A DNA stretch of 64,000 bases from Escherichia coli (GCF_041886205.1 NZ_CP169029.1); one strand, 5' to 3'. Positions 28,072 to 41,251 are shown, numbered from the stretch's first letter. Notes: generated by a model not told the origin, from the sequence alone. Program-made: numbers and translations.

Positions 28072-29562
28072 ATGAAGATTTTTTTGGAGAATGTTTATCA
28101 TTCTGATTGCTATTTCCTGCCGATAAGAGATAACCAGCAAGACCTTGTCGGCGTTGAGTTAATTACCCATTTCTCCAGTGAAGATGGTACGGTTCGTATC
28201 CCGACGAGTCGGGTTATAGCGCAACTTACCGCGGAGCAACATTGGCAATTATTTTCAGAGCAGTTGGAATTACTAAAATCATGCCAACACTTTTTTATTC
28301 AACATAAACTCTTTGCCTGGCTTAATTTAACGCCACAAGTGGCTACATTATTATTAGAGAGGGATAATTACGCAGGCGAACTATTAAAATATCCGTTTAT
28401 TGAACTGTTGATTAATGAGAATTATCCGCATCTCAATGAAGGAAAAGATAATCGCGGTCTTTTATCCTTATCGCAAGTGTATCCCCTTGTGTTAGGTAAT
28501 TTGGGAGCAGGCAATAGCACAATGAAAGCGGTTTTTGATGGTCTTTTCACCCGCGTAATGCTGGATAAAAGTTTTATTCAGCAACAAATCACGCATCGCT
28601 CCTTCGAACCGTTGGTGATGCTGCCAACTTACTGATTTAGTGTATGATGGTGTTTTTGAGGTGCTCCAGTGGCTTCTGTTTCTATCAGCTGTCCCTCCTG
28701 TTCAGCTACTGACGGGGTGGTACGTAACGGCAAAAGCACCGCCGGACATCAGCGCTATCTCTGCTCTCACTGCCGTAAAACATGGCAACTGCAGTTCACT
28801 TACACCGCTTCTCAACCCGGTACGCACCAGAAAATCATTGATATGGCCATGAATGGCGTTGGATGCCGGGCAACTGCCCGCATTATGGGCGTTGGCCTCA
28901 ACACGATTTTACGTCACTTAAAAAACTCAGGCCGCAGTCGGTAACCTCGCGCATACAGCCGGGCAGTGACGTCATCGTCTGCGCGGAAATGGACGAACAG
29001 TGGGGCTATGTCGGGGCTAAATCGCGCCAGCGCTGGCTGTTTTACGCGTATGACAGGCTCCGGAAGACGGTTGTTGCGCACGTATTCGGTGAACGCACTA
29101 TGGCGACGCTGGAGCGTCTTCTGGGCCTGCTGTCGGCCTTTGAGGTCGTGGTATGGATGACGGATGGCTGGCCGCTTTATGAATCACGCCTGAAGGGAGA
29201 ACTGCACGTTATCAGCAAGCGATATACGCAGCGCATTGAGCGGCATAACCTGAATCTGAGGCAGCATCTGGCAAGGCTGGGCAGGAAGTCACTGTCGTTC
29301 TCAAAATCGGTGGAGCTGCATGACAAAGTTATCGGGCATTATCTGAACATAAAACACTATCAATAAGTTGGAGTCATTACCCGAACCGTTTATTCGTGCG
29401 ATTCAGGCGCAAATTTCCCCTTGTTGCAATTGCATCATCGCGGGGGGCATTGATACGCCAGAAATATTGGCACAGATTACCCCCTTCGATTTCCATGCTC
29501 TCCAGGGATGCCTGTGGCCTGCCGTTCCCATAAATCAGATAACGACGTTGGTTCAGCGATAA
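28072..29562 (+). pseudogene. ydiV: ydiV (EAL-like anti-FlhD4C2 factor) interrupted by IS1 after codon ~181
   Basis: ORF 28072..28635 matches YdiV residues 1 to ~181 and then reads into IS1; ORF 29368..29562 encodes the YdiV C-terminus (...PFIRAIQAQISPCCNCIIAGGIDTPEILAQ...); the native junction CGAACCGTT is duplicated either side of the IS. Confidence 0.88.
28614..29381 (+). mobile_element. insAB: IS1 (copy B, divergent sequence variant), complete element inserted in ydiV
   Basis: IS1 ends ggtgatgctgccaactta ... ataagttggagtcattacc; insA 28669..28944, insB 28863..29366; A6C frameshift motif at ~28920..28926; perfect 9-bp target duplication CGAACCGTT; InsA/InsB differ from copies A and C at several residues. 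Confidence 0.95.
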
Positions 29563-29585
29563 CCCTCCTGTTTGCTGGTGTTTAA

Positions 29586-31061
<1,476 letters not shown>

Positions 31062-31064
31062 AGG

Positions 31065-31256
31065 CTACTTGGTCAACAGCAGCTTGCCAGCCTGAGTTTT
31101 ACGGAGCAGATATTCTTGCCCGTCATGATCGATAATCAGTTTGCCATCCGGACCTAACAGTGTCTGGCTGGAAATTCGCCGAATAGGCTGCGGGGAAGCG
31201 GTCTTGTGATTGGCATCCGTTTCAGGCGTGAGTTTTCTGCTATCCGTATAACGCAT
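31065..31256 (-). CDS. ydiE: HemP-family small protein YdiE
   Basis: 63-aa product from [19 protein letters not shown]...; track ORF is 9 codons longer. Confidence 0.75.
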
Positions 31257-31387
31257 AAAAATTAATAATAATTGATATAACAATGATTCTTATTATCAAT
31301 ATTATGGCTGACCAGAGCAAGCAGTAATGTGCTGAGAAGACAACAAGTTGCGCAGAAATGCCCATCCCATCAGGAATGGGCACGCAT

Positions 31388-32434
31388 TCAGAAGCGGGTA
31401 TCTACCGCAGAGGCGAGTTTTTCGACCAGGCGTTCGGTATCTTCCCAGCCCAGACACGGGTCGGTAATGGATTGACCGTAAGTGAGCGGCTGACCGCCGA
31501 CGATTTTTTGCGTTCCTTCGCGCAGGAAACTTTCCGCCATAATTCCAGCAATCGCCGTAGAGCCATTGCGGATTTGCTGACAAATATCCTCACAAACTTC
31601 TAACTGGCGACGGTGCTGCTTCTGGCAGTTACCGTGGCTGAAATCCACCACCAGATGTTCAGGTAAATCAAACTCGTGCAGCGTATCGCAGGCTGCGGCG
31701 ATATCATCGGCATGATAATTCGGTTTTTTGCCGCCACGCATAATAATGTGGCCATACGGGTTGCCGCTGGTCTGATAGATGGTCATCTGACCATTTTTGT
31801 CTGGCGAGAGGAACATATGGCTGGCGCGGGCTGCGCGGATAGCATCCACAGCAATCCGCGTGTTGCCATCGGTACCATTTTTAAAACCTACCGGACAGGA
31901 GAGTGCCGAAGCCATTTCACGGTGGATCTGACTTTCGGTAGTACGTGCGCCAATCGCGCCCCAACTGATTAAATCAGCAATAAACTGACCGGTCACCATA
32001 TCGAGGAACTCAGTCGCGGTTGGAACGCCTAGCTCATTTACCTGTAAAAGTAATTTGCGCGCCAGCTCCAGACCGTGATTTACCCGATAGCTACCGTTTA
32101 AATCCGGATCGGAGATTAGTCCTTTCCAGCCGACAACAGTTCGTGGTTTTTCAAAATAGGTGCGCATTACGATTTCCAGCCGTGACTGGTACTGGTTGCG
32201 CAGCGACTGCAGACGGGTGGCGTACTCCATTGCAGCGGTAAGATCGTGGATCGAGCAGGGGCCAATAATGACCAACAGTCGCTTATCTTCACCATTGAGT
32301 ATTTTTTCAATTCTGCGGCGGGAGTCGGTGACATGGGTGGCGACGCCAGGCGTTACGGGATACCGTAGCGCGAGTTCGGCGGGCGTTACCAGGCTCTCAA
32401 TACGCGCAGTACGGAGTTCGTCAGTTCTGTTCAT
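31388..32434 (-). CDS. aroH: DAHP synthase, tryptophan-sensitive isozyme
   Basis: 348-aa product from MNRTDELRTARIESLVTPAEL...; track ORF carries a 41-codon spurious N-terminal extension. Confidence 0.93.
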   Translation of the reverse strand: MNRTDELRTARIESLVTPAELALRYPVTPGVATHVTDSRRRIEKILNGEDKRLLVIIGPCSIHDLTAAMEYATRLQSLRNQYQSRLEIVMRTYFEKPRTVVGWKGLISDPDLNGSYRVNHGLELARKLLLQVNELGVPTATEFLDMVTGQFIADLISWGAIGARTTESQIHREMASALSCPVGFKNGTDGNTRIAVDAIRAARASHMFLSPDKNGQMTIYQTSGNPYGHIIMRGGKKPNYHADDIAAACDTLHEFDLPEHLVVDFSHGNCQKQHRRQLEVCEDICQQIRNGSTAIAGIMAESFLREGTQKIVGGQPLTYGQSITDPCLGWEDTERLVEKLASAVDTRF

Positions 32435-32580
32435 TACAAGTCTCAGAAATTTGTTGCTTCTACGGCAGGACTGCCGGGAAGTGATGCGCATCACGATAAA
32501 CCAATCGCTGCTGATTTCAAGTGCGAGGTGTGTCACACCTCGCAGGGTGGTTAGCATGATAACAAAAAAATAAGCTAATG

Positions 32581-32602
32581 CACTAGTTCTCTAGTACATT
32601 CG
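32581..32602 (-). promoter_or_regulatory. TrpR operator in the aroH promoter
   Basis: minus strand reads GTACTAGAGAACTAGTGCAT, a close match to the TrpR operator half-site palindrome (GTACTAG ... CTAGT); aroH is a known TrpR-regulon member. Confidence 0.55.
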
Positions 32603-33424
32603 GCGACTAAGGCCCATGATATCGAGGATCTTGGTGGCAATCTCTTCTACCGAATAATTGGTACTGTTAATCCACGGGATCTGATTTTTACGGTACAACG
32701 CTTCCACTTCCGCGACTTCCATCCTGCACTGACGAAGCGAGGCATAGCGACTGTTCTCCCGACGCTCTTCACGAATCGCCGCCAGACGTTCCGGGTCGAT
32801 AGTCAGGCCGAACAATTTATGCTGAAGCGGTTTGAGCGACGCGGGTAGCACCAGATTGTCCATATCGTCGGCAATAAAGGGGTAGTTTGCCGCGCGGATA
32901 CCAAACTGCATTGCCAGATACAGACTGGTGGGGGTTTTACCACAGCGAGAAACACCGAGCAGGATCACCTGAGCCTGATCCAGATTGCGCAACGAAATGC
33001 CGTCATCGTGGGCGAGGGTGTAATCAATCGCCGCAATGCGCGCATCATATTTATTGAGATTATTAGGGTTAAGGCCATGGGTACGATGAGCAATCGGCGT
33101 TGGATCCAGTTTCATCTCTTGTTGTAGCGGGGCAACCAGCGCCTGAACGATATCCTGGCAAAAGCCTTCACTTTGCAAGATGATGGCGCGAATCTCCGGC
33201 AACACGATGGAGTAGAAGACCAGCGGGCGCACGCCTGTCTGGTGATAAATTGCGTCAATCTGATCCTTCACTGCCCGTGCACGGCTCTCATTTTCGACAA
33301 ACGGCAGCGTAATGCTGCTGATAGTGACGGGAAATTGTGACATTACTGCGTGTCCTAATACCTCCGCAGTTATTGCCGTACCATCAGAAATATAAAAAAC
33401 GTGGCGATCAACAGCATTATCCAT
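32591..33424 (-). CDS. ppsR: PEP synthase regulatory protein (bifunctional kinase/pyrophosphorylase)
   Basis: 277-aa ORF; divergent from ppsA. Confidence 0.92.
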
Positions 33425-33755
33425 TTTGTTCTTCCCGTGATGCAGACATAATTCTATGAAAGCATAAATTAAAAACGCACAGAAGCGTAGAACGTTATGT
33501 CTGGTTTATAAAATGAACCTTCAATTTTATTTTTTATGAAAACAGCATTTCATTTTTACGGTTTCGTTTATACCGATGGTTTATGTGGAAATTGTCGAAG
33601 AGAGCAGATTTGCGCAACGCTGGGATCAGTCTTAAAAAGTAAAAAATATATTTGCTTGAACGATTCACCGTTTTTTTCATCCGGTTAAATATGCAAAGAT
33701 AAATGCGCAGAAATGTGTTTCTCAAACCGTTCATTTATCACAAAAGGATTGTTCG

Positions 33756-36134
33756 ATGTCCAACAATGGCTCGTCACCGCTGGTGCTTTGGTATAACCAA
33801 CTCGGCATGAATGATGTAGACAGGGTTGGGGGCAAAAATGCCTCCCTGGGTGAAATGATTACTAACCTTTCCGGAATGGGTGTTTCCGTTCCGAATGGTT
33901 TCGCCACAACCGCCGACGCGTTTAACCAGTTTCTGGACCAAAGCGGCGTAAACCAGCGCATTTATGAACTGCTGGATAAAACGGATATTGACGATGTTAC
34001 CCAGCTTGCGAAAGCGGGCGCGCAAATCCGCCAGTGGATTATCGACACTCCCTTCCAGCCTGAGCTGGAAAATGCCATCCGCGAAGCTTATGCACAGCTT
34101 TCCGCCGATGACGAAAACGCCTCTTTTGCGGTGCGCTCTTCCGCTACTGCAGAAGATATGCCGGACGCTTCCTTTGCCGGTCAGCAGGAAACCTTCCTCA
34201 ACGTTCAGGGTTTTGACGCCGTTCTCGTGGCAGTGAAACATGTATTTGCTTCTCTGTTTAACGATCGCGCCATCTCATATCGTGTGCACCAGGGTTACGA
34301 TCACCGTGGTGTGGCGCTCTCCGCCGGTGTTCAACGGATGGTGCGCTCTGACCTCGCATCATCTGGCGTGATGTTCTCCATTGATACCGAATCCGGCTTT
34401 GACCAGGTGGTGTTTATCACTTCCGCATGGGGCCTTGGTGAGATGGTCGTGCAGGGGGCGGTTAACCCGGATGAGTTTTACGTCCATAAACCGACACTTG
34501 CAGCGAATCGCCCGGCTATCGTGCGTCGCACCATGGGGTCGAAAAAAATCCGCATGGTTTACGCGCCGACCCAGGAGCACGGCAAGCAGGTTAAAATCGA
34601 AGACGTACCGCAGGAACAGCGTGACATCTTCTCGCTGACCAACGAAGAAGTGCAGGAACTGGCAAAACAGGCCGTACAAATTGAGAAACACTACGGTCGC
34701 CCGATGGATATTGAGTGGGCGAAAGATGGCCACACCGGCAAACTGTTCATTGTGCAGGCGCGTCCGGAAACCGTGCGCTCACGCGGTCAGGTCATGGAGC
34801 GTTATACACTGCATTCACAGGGTAAGATTATCGCCGAAGGCCGTGCTATCGGTCATCGCATCGGCGCGGGACCGGTGAAAGTCATCCATGACATCAGCGA
34901 AATGAACCGCATCGAACCTGGCGACGTGCTGGTTACTGACATGACCGACCCGGACTGGGAACCGATCATGAAGAAAGCATCTGCCATCGTCACCAACCGT
35001 GGCGGTCGTACCTGTCACGCGGCGATCATCGCTCGTGAACTGGGCATTCCGGCGGTAGTGGGCTGTGGTGATGCAACAGAACGGATGAAAGACGGTGAGA
35101 ACGTCACTGTTTCTTGTGCCGAAGGTGATACCGGTTACGTCTATGCGGAGTTGCTGGAATTTAGCGTGAAAAGCTCCAGCGTAGAAACGATGCCGGATCT
35201 GCCGTTGAAAGTGATGATGAACGTCGGTAACCCGGACCGAGCTTTCGACTTCGCCTGTCTGCCGAACGAAGGCGTGGGCCTTGCGCGTCTGGAATTTATC
35301 ATCAACCGTATGATTGGCGTCCACCCACGCGCACTGCTTGAGTTTGACGATCAGGAACCGCAGTTGCAAAACGAAATCCGCGAGATGATGAAAGGTTTTG
35401 ATTCTCCGCGTGAATTTTACGTTGGTCGTCTGACTGAAGGGATCGCGACGCTGGGTGCCGCGTTTTATCCGAAGCGCGTCATTGTCCGTCTCTCTGATTT
35501 TAAATCGAACGAATATGCCAACCTGGTCGGTGGTGAGCGTTATGAGCCAGATGAAGAGAACCCGATGCTCGGCTTCCGTGGCGCGGGCCGCTATGTTTCC
35601 GACAGCTTCCGCGACTGTTTCGCGCTGGAGTGTGAAGCAGTGAAACGTGTGCGCAACGACATGGGGCTGACCAACGTTGAGATCATGATCCCGTTCGTGC
35701 GTACCGTAGATCAGGCGAAAGCGGTGGTTGAGGAACTGGCGCGTCAGGGGCTGAAGCGTGGTGAGAACGGGCTGAAAATCATCATGATGTGTGAAATCCC
35801 GTCCAACGCCTTGCTGGCCGAGCAGTTCCTCGAATATTTCGACGGCTTCTCAATTGGCTCAAACGATATGACGCAGCTGGCGCTCGGTCTGGACCGTGAC
35901 TCCGGCGTGGTGTCTGAATTGTTCGATGAGCGCAACGATGCGGTGAAAGCACTGCTGTCGATGGCTATCCGTGCCGCTAAGAAACAGGGCAAATATGTCG
36001 GGATTTGCGGTCAGGGGCCGTCCGACCACGAAGACTTTGCCGCATGGTTGATGGAAGAGGGGATCGATAGCCTGTCTCTGAACCCGGATACTGTGGTGCA
36101 AACCTGGTTAAGCCTGGCTGAACTGAAGAAATAA
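33756..36134 (+). CDS. ppsA: phosphoenolpyruvate synthase
   Basis: 792-aa ORF with the PEP-utilising phospho-His region ([17 protein letters not shown]). Confidence 0.95.
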   Translation: MSNNGSSPLVLWYNQLGMNDVDRVGGKNASLGEMITNLSGMGVSVPNGFATTADAFNQFLDQSGVNQRIYELLDKTDIDDVTQLAKAGAQIRQWIIDTPFQPELENAIREAYAQLSADDENASFAVRSSATAEDMPDASFAGQQETFLNVQGFDAVLVAVKHVFASLFNDRAISYRVHQGYDHRGVALSAGVQRMVRSDLASSGVMFSIDTESGFDQVVFITSAWGLGEMVVQGAVNPDEFYVHKPTLAANRPAIVRRTMGSKKIRMVYAPTQEHGKQVKIEDVPQEQRDIFSLTNEEVQELAKQAVQIEKHYGRPMDIEWAKDGHTGKLFIVQARPETVRSRGQVMERYTLHSQGKIIAEGRAIGHRIGAGPVKVIHDISEMNRIEPGDVLVTDMTDPDWEPIMKKASAIVTNRGGRTCHAAIIARELGIPAVVGCGDATERMKDGENVTVSCAEGDTGYVYAELLEFSVKSSSVETMPDLPLKVMMNVGNPDRAFDFACLPNEGVGLARLEFIINRMIGVHPRALLEFDDQEPQLQNEIREMMKGFDSPREFYVGRLTEGIATLGAAFYPKRVIVRLSDFKSNEYANLVGGERYEPDEENPMLGFRGAGRYVSDSFRDCFALECEAVKRVRNDMGLTNVEIMIPFVRTVDQAKAVVEELARQGLKRGENGLKIIMMCEIPSNALLAEQFLEYFDGFSIGSNDMTQLALGLDRDSGVVSELFDERNDAVKALLSMAIRAAKKQGKYVGICGQGPSDHEDFAAWLMEEGIDSLSLNPDTVVQTWLSLAELKK

Positions 36135-36139
36135 AATAA

Positions 36140-36170
36140 ATACCCGGCGGCGTTTTGTCGCCGGGTTTAT
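36140..36170. terminator. hairpin between the convergent genes ppsA and fadK
   Basis: cccggcggcgttttgtcgccggg palindrome with a flanking T-run. Confidence 0.45.
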
Positions 36171-36190
36171 GTGATCCCCAAAGATGAAAC

Positions 36191-37837
36191 TTATTCAATC
36201 TCTTCACAGACATCCTGAGTTAACCGCCGCATAATATCTTTTCTTAACAAAAACCTTTGTATTTTACCTGAGGCAGTGCGCGGTAGTTTTTCGATTACCA
36301 CGATATGTTCAGGATATTTATATTTTGCGACCCGTTTACGGCTAAAAAAAGCCACCACCTCTTCCAGCGATAATGAATGATGCGGCGCTTTCAGCACGAC
36401 ATAAGCGCATGATCGTTCACCTAAACGTTCATCGGGCATTGCAACCACACAGGCATCGTGAATTTTAGGATGCTGCAATAAAATATCTTCCACTTCAAGG
36501 CTGCTAATATTTTCGCCGCCGCGGACAATAATATCTTTTTTGCGTCCGGTAATTTTTATATAGCCAGCCTCATCCATACGGCAGAGATCGCCGCTGTAAT
36601 ACCAGCCTTCTTCATCCAGCGCACGGGCGGTTAATTCAGGTTCATCAAAATATCCCATAAACACATTGGGGCCACGCGAGGCTTCTTCACCTTCGCAACC
36701 TGGCGGTAAGGTCTTGCGTGCGTCATCGACCACTTTAATCTCTACACCTGCGGCAGCGTAACCATCGGTGTGCATAAAGCGCGACAAAGGATCATCGAGA
36801 TTCACCACCGCATGCGGCGAACTTTCTGTGGAACCATAAACACTTAATAATTTAATGCTGCGCTGCTGGCATTCACGCGCCACTTTTTTGGGGATTGTGG
36901 TGCCACCGCAAAGAAAGAAGCGCAGCGCTGAAAGGTCTGCGGGCTGTTTCTCTAGCAAATTCAAAAGATCATAGACAAACGGCGTTGCGCCGAGCATACA
37001 GGTGCAACGCTGCTGCTCAAGCAGCGCGAGACACGCATCAGGAGTGAAAATATCTAACAACACGCTGCGAGCACCAATCAAAAATGGTGCTGTTACGCCA
37101 TGCAGAAAGCCCGTTGCGTGGCCGAGTGGCGCAGGCATCATAAAGACATCCTGCCAGGTCAGATTCAGCCGCGTGCAATAAGCCCGCTCACTGGCGAGAA
37201 TATTGTTATGCGTTAGCATCACGCCCTTTGGCAGACCCTCGGTTCCGGAGGTAAACAGCACCGCAGCTAATTCATCGCCGTGGGTCGTTATCGCCGTGGT
37301 CAGTGGGGTATTGTCGGCGATAATCTGACTTAATGAGAGGGAAGAGGTGGCGGGAGCCAGTTTGTCCACGCCGACAATTTGTTGTAGTTGTGGAAGCTGA
37401 TTTTGCAGCGGCAGGATTAAATCTACCGGGCGCGTTTGTTTAAACAACGTCGGTGCAAAGAACATTTTTGCCTGACACTTATTGAGCACCCACACCAGTT
37501 CTGCTTCCCGCCAGGAAGGCAACAGCGGCACGGAAACCGCACCGATTTTCAGGCAGGCAAGATAGATAACGGTAAATTCACACCAGCCAGGCAGTTGAAA
37601 TGCGATGCGATCGCCTGATTCAATACCCTTCGCTAACATCCAGTTTGCCAGACAGCTCGCGGCGTGATCGAGCGCGCTATAGGTGTACGATGCACCATGA
37701 TTATCGACCACGGCAATTTTGTCTGGCATCGCACGAGCGGTCTGCTGCCAGTAATCGGCCAGCGAAGCATCGCCCCATAGCCCTTGCTGACGATACGCCG
37801 CACGACGTTGTTCGTTGAACGTTAATGTCACTTTCAT
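36191..37837 (-). CDS. fadK: short-chain acyl-CoA synthetase (anaerobic)
   Basis: 548-aa product from MKVTLTFNEQRRAAYRQQGLW...; track ORF has an 18-codon extension. Confidence 0.88.
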   Translation of the reverse strand: MKVTLTFNEQRRAAYRQQGLWGDASLADYWQQTARAMPDKIAVVDNHGASYTYSALDHAASCLANWMLAKGIESGDRIAFQLPGWCEFTVIYLACLKIGAVSVPLLPSWREAELVWVLNKCQAKMFFAPTLFKQTRPVDLILPLQNQLPQLQQIVGVDKLAPATSSLSLSQIIADNTPLTTAITTHGDELAAVLFTSGTEGLPKGVMLTHNNILASERAYCTRLNLTWQDVFMMPAPLGHATGFLHGVTAPFLIGARSVLLDIFTPDACLALLEQQRCTCMLGATPFVYDLLNLLEKQPADLSALRFFLCGGTTIPKKVARECQQRSIKLLSVYGSTESSPHAVVNLDDPLSRFMHTDGYAAAGVEIKVVDDARKTLPPGCEGEEASRGPNVFMGYFDEPELTARALDEEGWYYSGDLCRMDEAGYIKITGRKKDIIVRGGENISSLEVEDILLQHPKIHDACVVAMPDERLGERSCAYVVLKAPHHSLSLEEVVAFFSRKRVAKYKYPEHIVVIEKLPRTASGKIQRFLLRKDIMRRLTQDVCEEIE

Positions 37838-37893
37838 GTTGGACTCTCGAAACAGAACATCAGGCCCGAGATGCGGGCCTGTGGGATGCATGA

Positions 37894-38187
37894 TTAGCCG
37901 TAGCGAAAATCAATACCGAAGGTGCCTGCGGGATATTGCCACTGTTCGAGAATAGTGTTACCGCACAGCACCCGACAGGTGCCGCACTCCAGACAACCGG
38001 CAGAATCAAAATGAATGTTGCCGGCGTCATCCTGCTTATAAAGTCCGGCAGGGCAGGCTTTCATTAATTTACGGAATTCATTGATATCGGGATTTGCCGC
38101 CAGAATGATATGCGGGTGGCCCTCATCAACATGGAATTTATTGACGCCTAATTTGATGTCGACGTTAACCGTAGCGTTCTGGCTCAT
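37894..38187 (-). CDS. ydiT: ferredoxin-like protein (FixX-like)
   Basis: 97-aa ORF with Cys cluster (CPAGLY...CLECGTCRVLC). Confidence 0.88.
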   Translation of the reverse strand: MSQNATVNVDIKLGVNKFHVDEGHPHIILAANPDINEFRKLMKACPAGLYKQDDAGNIHFDSAGCLECGTCRVLCGNTILEQWQYPAGTFGIDFRYG

Positions 38188-39473
38188 AGCGCGGTTGCTC
38201 CCTTAATGCCATCTTTCAGCAAGTTGATCAGCCCAATTTTCTTCGCATGTCCCATGATCATTTTTCGTACCGGCTGGTTTGGTTTGCCGTCAATGGTGAA
38301 CATCTCGTTCATGATGTCGGCGACCATGCGCGGATACTGACTAAACAGGCGCGGGTTTTCCATCAGCGCCGGGATCTTGCGAAAATGCTGCATATCACGC
38401 ATGACGCAGCTTTGTTCCAGCTCACGTTTGTATTGCGCCAGACCGCTGGCGGAGAAATCCTCGCGTTTTTTGGCGGCGATCACCGTTGTGGCGGCAGCCT
38501 GAGCCGATGCAATGGCTAAATCCATGCCGCGGACCGTAAAACCCAAATTCAGGCAGAAGCCTGCGGCGTCACCAACGATCATCACGCCCTCGTTAACCAG
38601 TTGCGGCACCATTGCCAGACCGCCTTCCGGCACCATATGTGCGGAATATTCAAGCAGTTTGCCGCCGCTAATCAGCGGGCGAATGGCGGGGTGTTGTTTA
38701 AAATCTTCCAGCATTTGCGGCACGCTTTTTTGCGCATGGGCGATATCACCCAATCCACAAACCAGCCCCAAGGATATGGAATCCTTGTTGGTATAGAGAA
38801 ATCCCCCGCCCATCAGGCCGTCAGAAGGGGAACCGGCAAACAGCCAGGCGGCACCTTCCTCGCCCGTAATATTAAAGCGATCGTTGATCTGTTCTGGTGT
38901 GAGGCCAATAACCTCTTTAACACCAACAGCGTAATGATGCGGATCGGAAGCGGGAACCATTCCCAGCGAGCGGCCAAGCATCGAGTTAACGCCATCAGCC
39001 AGAATCACCACATTCGCTTCGAGAATATCATCCCCAGCCTGGACGCCAGTGACCTTGTTTCCTTCACGAACCAGCGCATCGACGCGAACGCCCGGGATAA
39101 ACTGTGCGCCCGCCTGCTCGGCTTGTTCCATCAACCACGGGTCCAGACGATTACGCAATACGGTATAAGACGCGTGTTGCGGAACATCTGGTTGCTCGCG
39201 GTGAAAGTCGAGGGTAACGGCGCTTTCTTCGGTTAAGAAGGAGATTTTCTCGCGTGTGACCTTGCGTTCTACCGGCGCTGATACTGCAAAGCCTGGAATG
39301 ATTGCTTCAAGTGTGTGGGCATAAAGACGCCCGCCGGTCATGTTTTTACATCCGGCACTGTCGCCGCGTTCTATCACCAGGACATCCAGCCCGGCTCGCG
39401 CCATGACCAGTGCGGCAACGCTACCAGCAACGCCCGCACCGACCACAATGGCATCAAATTTGTCATCCGACAT
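38184..39473 (-). CDS. ydiS: FixC-like flavoprotein dehydrogenase (ETF-quinone oxidoreductase family)
   Basis: 429-aa ORF with N-terminal FAD-binding motif (DAIVVGAGVAGS). Confidence 0.9.
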   Translation of the reverse strand: MSDDKFDAIVVGAGVAGSVAALVMARAGLDVLVIERGDSAGCKNMTGGRLYAHTLEAIIPGFAVSAPVERKVTREKISFLTEESAVTLDFHREQPDVPQHASYTVLRNRLDPWLMEQAEQAGAQFIPGVRVDALVREGNKVTGVQAGDDILEANVVILADGVNSMLGRSLGMVPASDPHHYAVGVKEVIGLTPEQINDRFNITGEEGAAWLFAGSPSDGLMGGGFLYTNKDSISLGLVCGLGDIAHAQKSVPQMLEDFKQHPAIRPLISGGKLLEYSAHMVPEGGLAMVPQLVNEGVMIVGDAAGFCLNLGFTVRGMDLAIASAQAAATTVIAAKKREDFSASGLAQYKRELEQSCVMRDMQHFRKIPALMENPRLFSQYPRMVADIMNEMFTIDGKPNQPVRKMIMGHAKKIGLINLLKDGIKGATAL

Positions 39474-39528
39474 GCGTTATGCTCCCTTCCCGCTGCGTTT
39501 ACAGCGGGAGATGTGGTTGAAAGGGGAA

Positions 39529-40467
39529 TTAGCGGCTCAACTGGCTAATCAGGGCAGGGACGACTTTGTAGATATCGCCCACCAGACCGTAGTCGGCATA
39601 GTTGAAGATTGGCGCATTTTTATCTTTATTGATGGCGACAATCACTTTTGCGCCGTTGCCGCCAACCATATGCTGGATCTGCCCGGAGATCCCCAGCGTC
39701 AGGTAGAGATCGGATTTCAGTAACACGCCGGAGACACCGATATAACGTTCACGCTCCATCCAGTTCTCGCCTTCGGCAATTGGACGTGAACAGCCGACTT
39801 CAGCATTCAGAACCGCCGCCAGTTCGTGGACCATTTTCAGGTCATCCTGCGCTGCCAGACCACGACCGACGCCAACCACACGTTTTGCTTTGCTCAGGTC
39901 CACGCTGCTTGCCGCTTTCGCACGGCGCTCGCGACAGAGAATTTCATGACGCGGAGCAACATAAGGTACCGTTTCTGTCGGGCATTGATGAGAGTTATCA
40001 CTGGCGCACGGTTCCTGTACACCGGGTGCAAGGGTAATGATCGCCAGCGGGCTGTTGATCTTTTCCTGAGCGAACGCTAACCCGCCATACATCCGGTGTT
40101 CGGCGCAAATGTGATCATCGACAATATCCACCGCCGTGGCATCGTTCACCAGCGCCGCATTCAGTTGCACACTTAACCGTGCTGCCAGAGCTTTACTACG
40201 TTTCGTCGCGGCCAACAGCAACATAGCGGGGTGTTTATCTTTCAGCAGGGCAGCAATGCTTTCGGCGTAATTTTCAGTACGTTGCAGCGCGTCGTTTTGC
40301 GCAAGAACATAAATACATTTTGGACCATAAGGCATAACTGCCTGCGCCTGGTCGGTATTTTGTACAATGGCATACACCTGTTGGCCCCATTGCTGCGCGC
40401 CGCCAAACAGTTCAGCATAACGTTCAGGATTATCGCTAAAGACCCAGACGCTGTTTAATTGACTCAT
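39529..40467 (-). CDS. ydiR: electron transfer flavoprotein alpha subunit (FixB-like)
   Basis: 312-aa ORF; operon context ydiQRST. Confidence 0.9.
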   Translation of the reverse strand: MSQLNSVWVFSDNPERYAELFGGAQQWGQQVYAIVQNTDQAQAVMPYGPKCIYVLAQNDALQRTENYAESIAALLKDKHPAMLLLAATKRSKALAARLSVQLNAALVNDATAVDIVDDHICAEHRMYGGLAFAQEKINSPLAIITLAPGVQEPCASDNSHQCPTETVPYVAPRHEILCRERRAKAASSVDLSKAKRVVGVGRGLAAQDDLKMVHELAAVLNAEVGCSRPIAEGENWMERERYIGVSGVLLKSDLYLTLGISGQIQHMVGGNGAKVIVAINKDKNAPIFNYADYGLVGDIYKVVPALISQLSR

Positions 40468-40486
40468 CGTTTCTTCTCCGTAGGCT

Positions 40487-41251
40487 TCAGTTCAGGGCTT
40501 TCTTCAGATGTTCCGCCAGCTCGGCAATGGCCTCCGGCGAATCGTTATCGAGAATGATGTGCTTACGTTCTGTTTGCGGCGGTACGCGAATGCCGACCAG
40601 TTCAGCAAGTGGCGCGCTCTGGCTCCAGCCAATATCACTTGCCTGCCACTGATTTACCGGTTTTTTACCCGCGCCAAGAATGGCTTTCATCGAAGGAATG
40701 CGTGGCACGTTAATATCGGAGGTGACGCAGAGCACGGCTGGAACAGAGAGTTCAATAACTTCAACATCATCTTCAAGCGTGCGTTCAATCACCAGTGTAT
40801 TGCCCTGACGCTGAATAGCACTCACTGCATTAATCACCGGAAGTTGCAGAATTTCTCCGACCAGCAAGCCAACCTGCTGGGCATAAAGGTCGCCGGAACC
40901 TTCACCAAAGATCAGTAAATCGAAGCCGATCTTTTCAACTGCTGCCGCCAGTGCTTTTGCGGTATCGAGAGGCAGTGCATGTTCAAGTTGCGCATCCTGC
41001 ACCAAATACAGGCTGTGCGGCCCGCGGGATAGCACGTCTTTGCGCACTTTCGAGTTCTGCAACAATGAGCCGCCAACGGTCAGCGCGGCTATCTCATCGT
41101 CATCTGTTGCAAGCTGGCTTGCAGCTTCAATGGCATTGAGATCGAACTGGCTGATTTTGGCGTCGGCATTATCGAAATTCAGGGTGTATTCTGGAGTGAC
41201 AACAATGTCCTGTTCTTCAGGCACCAGCTTAAAGCAGGTTATTATTTTCAT
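40487..41251 (-). CDS. ydiQ: electron transfer flavoprotein beta subunit (FixA-like)
   Basis: 254-aa product from MKIITCFKLVPEEQDIVV...; track ORF has a 33-codon extension. Confidence 0.9.
   Translation of the reverse strand: MKIITCFKLVPEEQDIVVTPEYTLNFDNADAKISQFDLNAIEAASQLATDDDEIAALTVGGSLLQNSKVRKDVLSRGPHSLYLVQDAQLEHALPLDTAKALAAAVEKIGFDLLIFGEGSGDLYAQQVGLLVGEILQLPVINAVSAIQRQGNTLVIERTLEDDVEVIELSVPAVLCVTSDINVPRIPSMKAILGAGKKPVNQWQASDIGWSQSAPLAELVGIRVPPQTERKHIILDNDSPEAIAELAEHLKKALN

Noticed and set aside
28640..28852. 70-aa ORFs ([20 protein letters not shown]...) recurring three times (16670..16882, 28640..28852, 45252..45464)
   Set aside because: They lie inside IS1, overlapping insA in another frame or strand; the repetition simply reflects three IS1 copies, not an independent gene family.
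37894..41251. ydiQRST plus fadK and ydiO as a possible novel electron-transfer system
   Set aside because: This is the known FixABCX-like ETF cluster linked to anaerobic fatty-acid oxidation in E. coli; not novel, although IS1 disrupts its neighbour ydiF.
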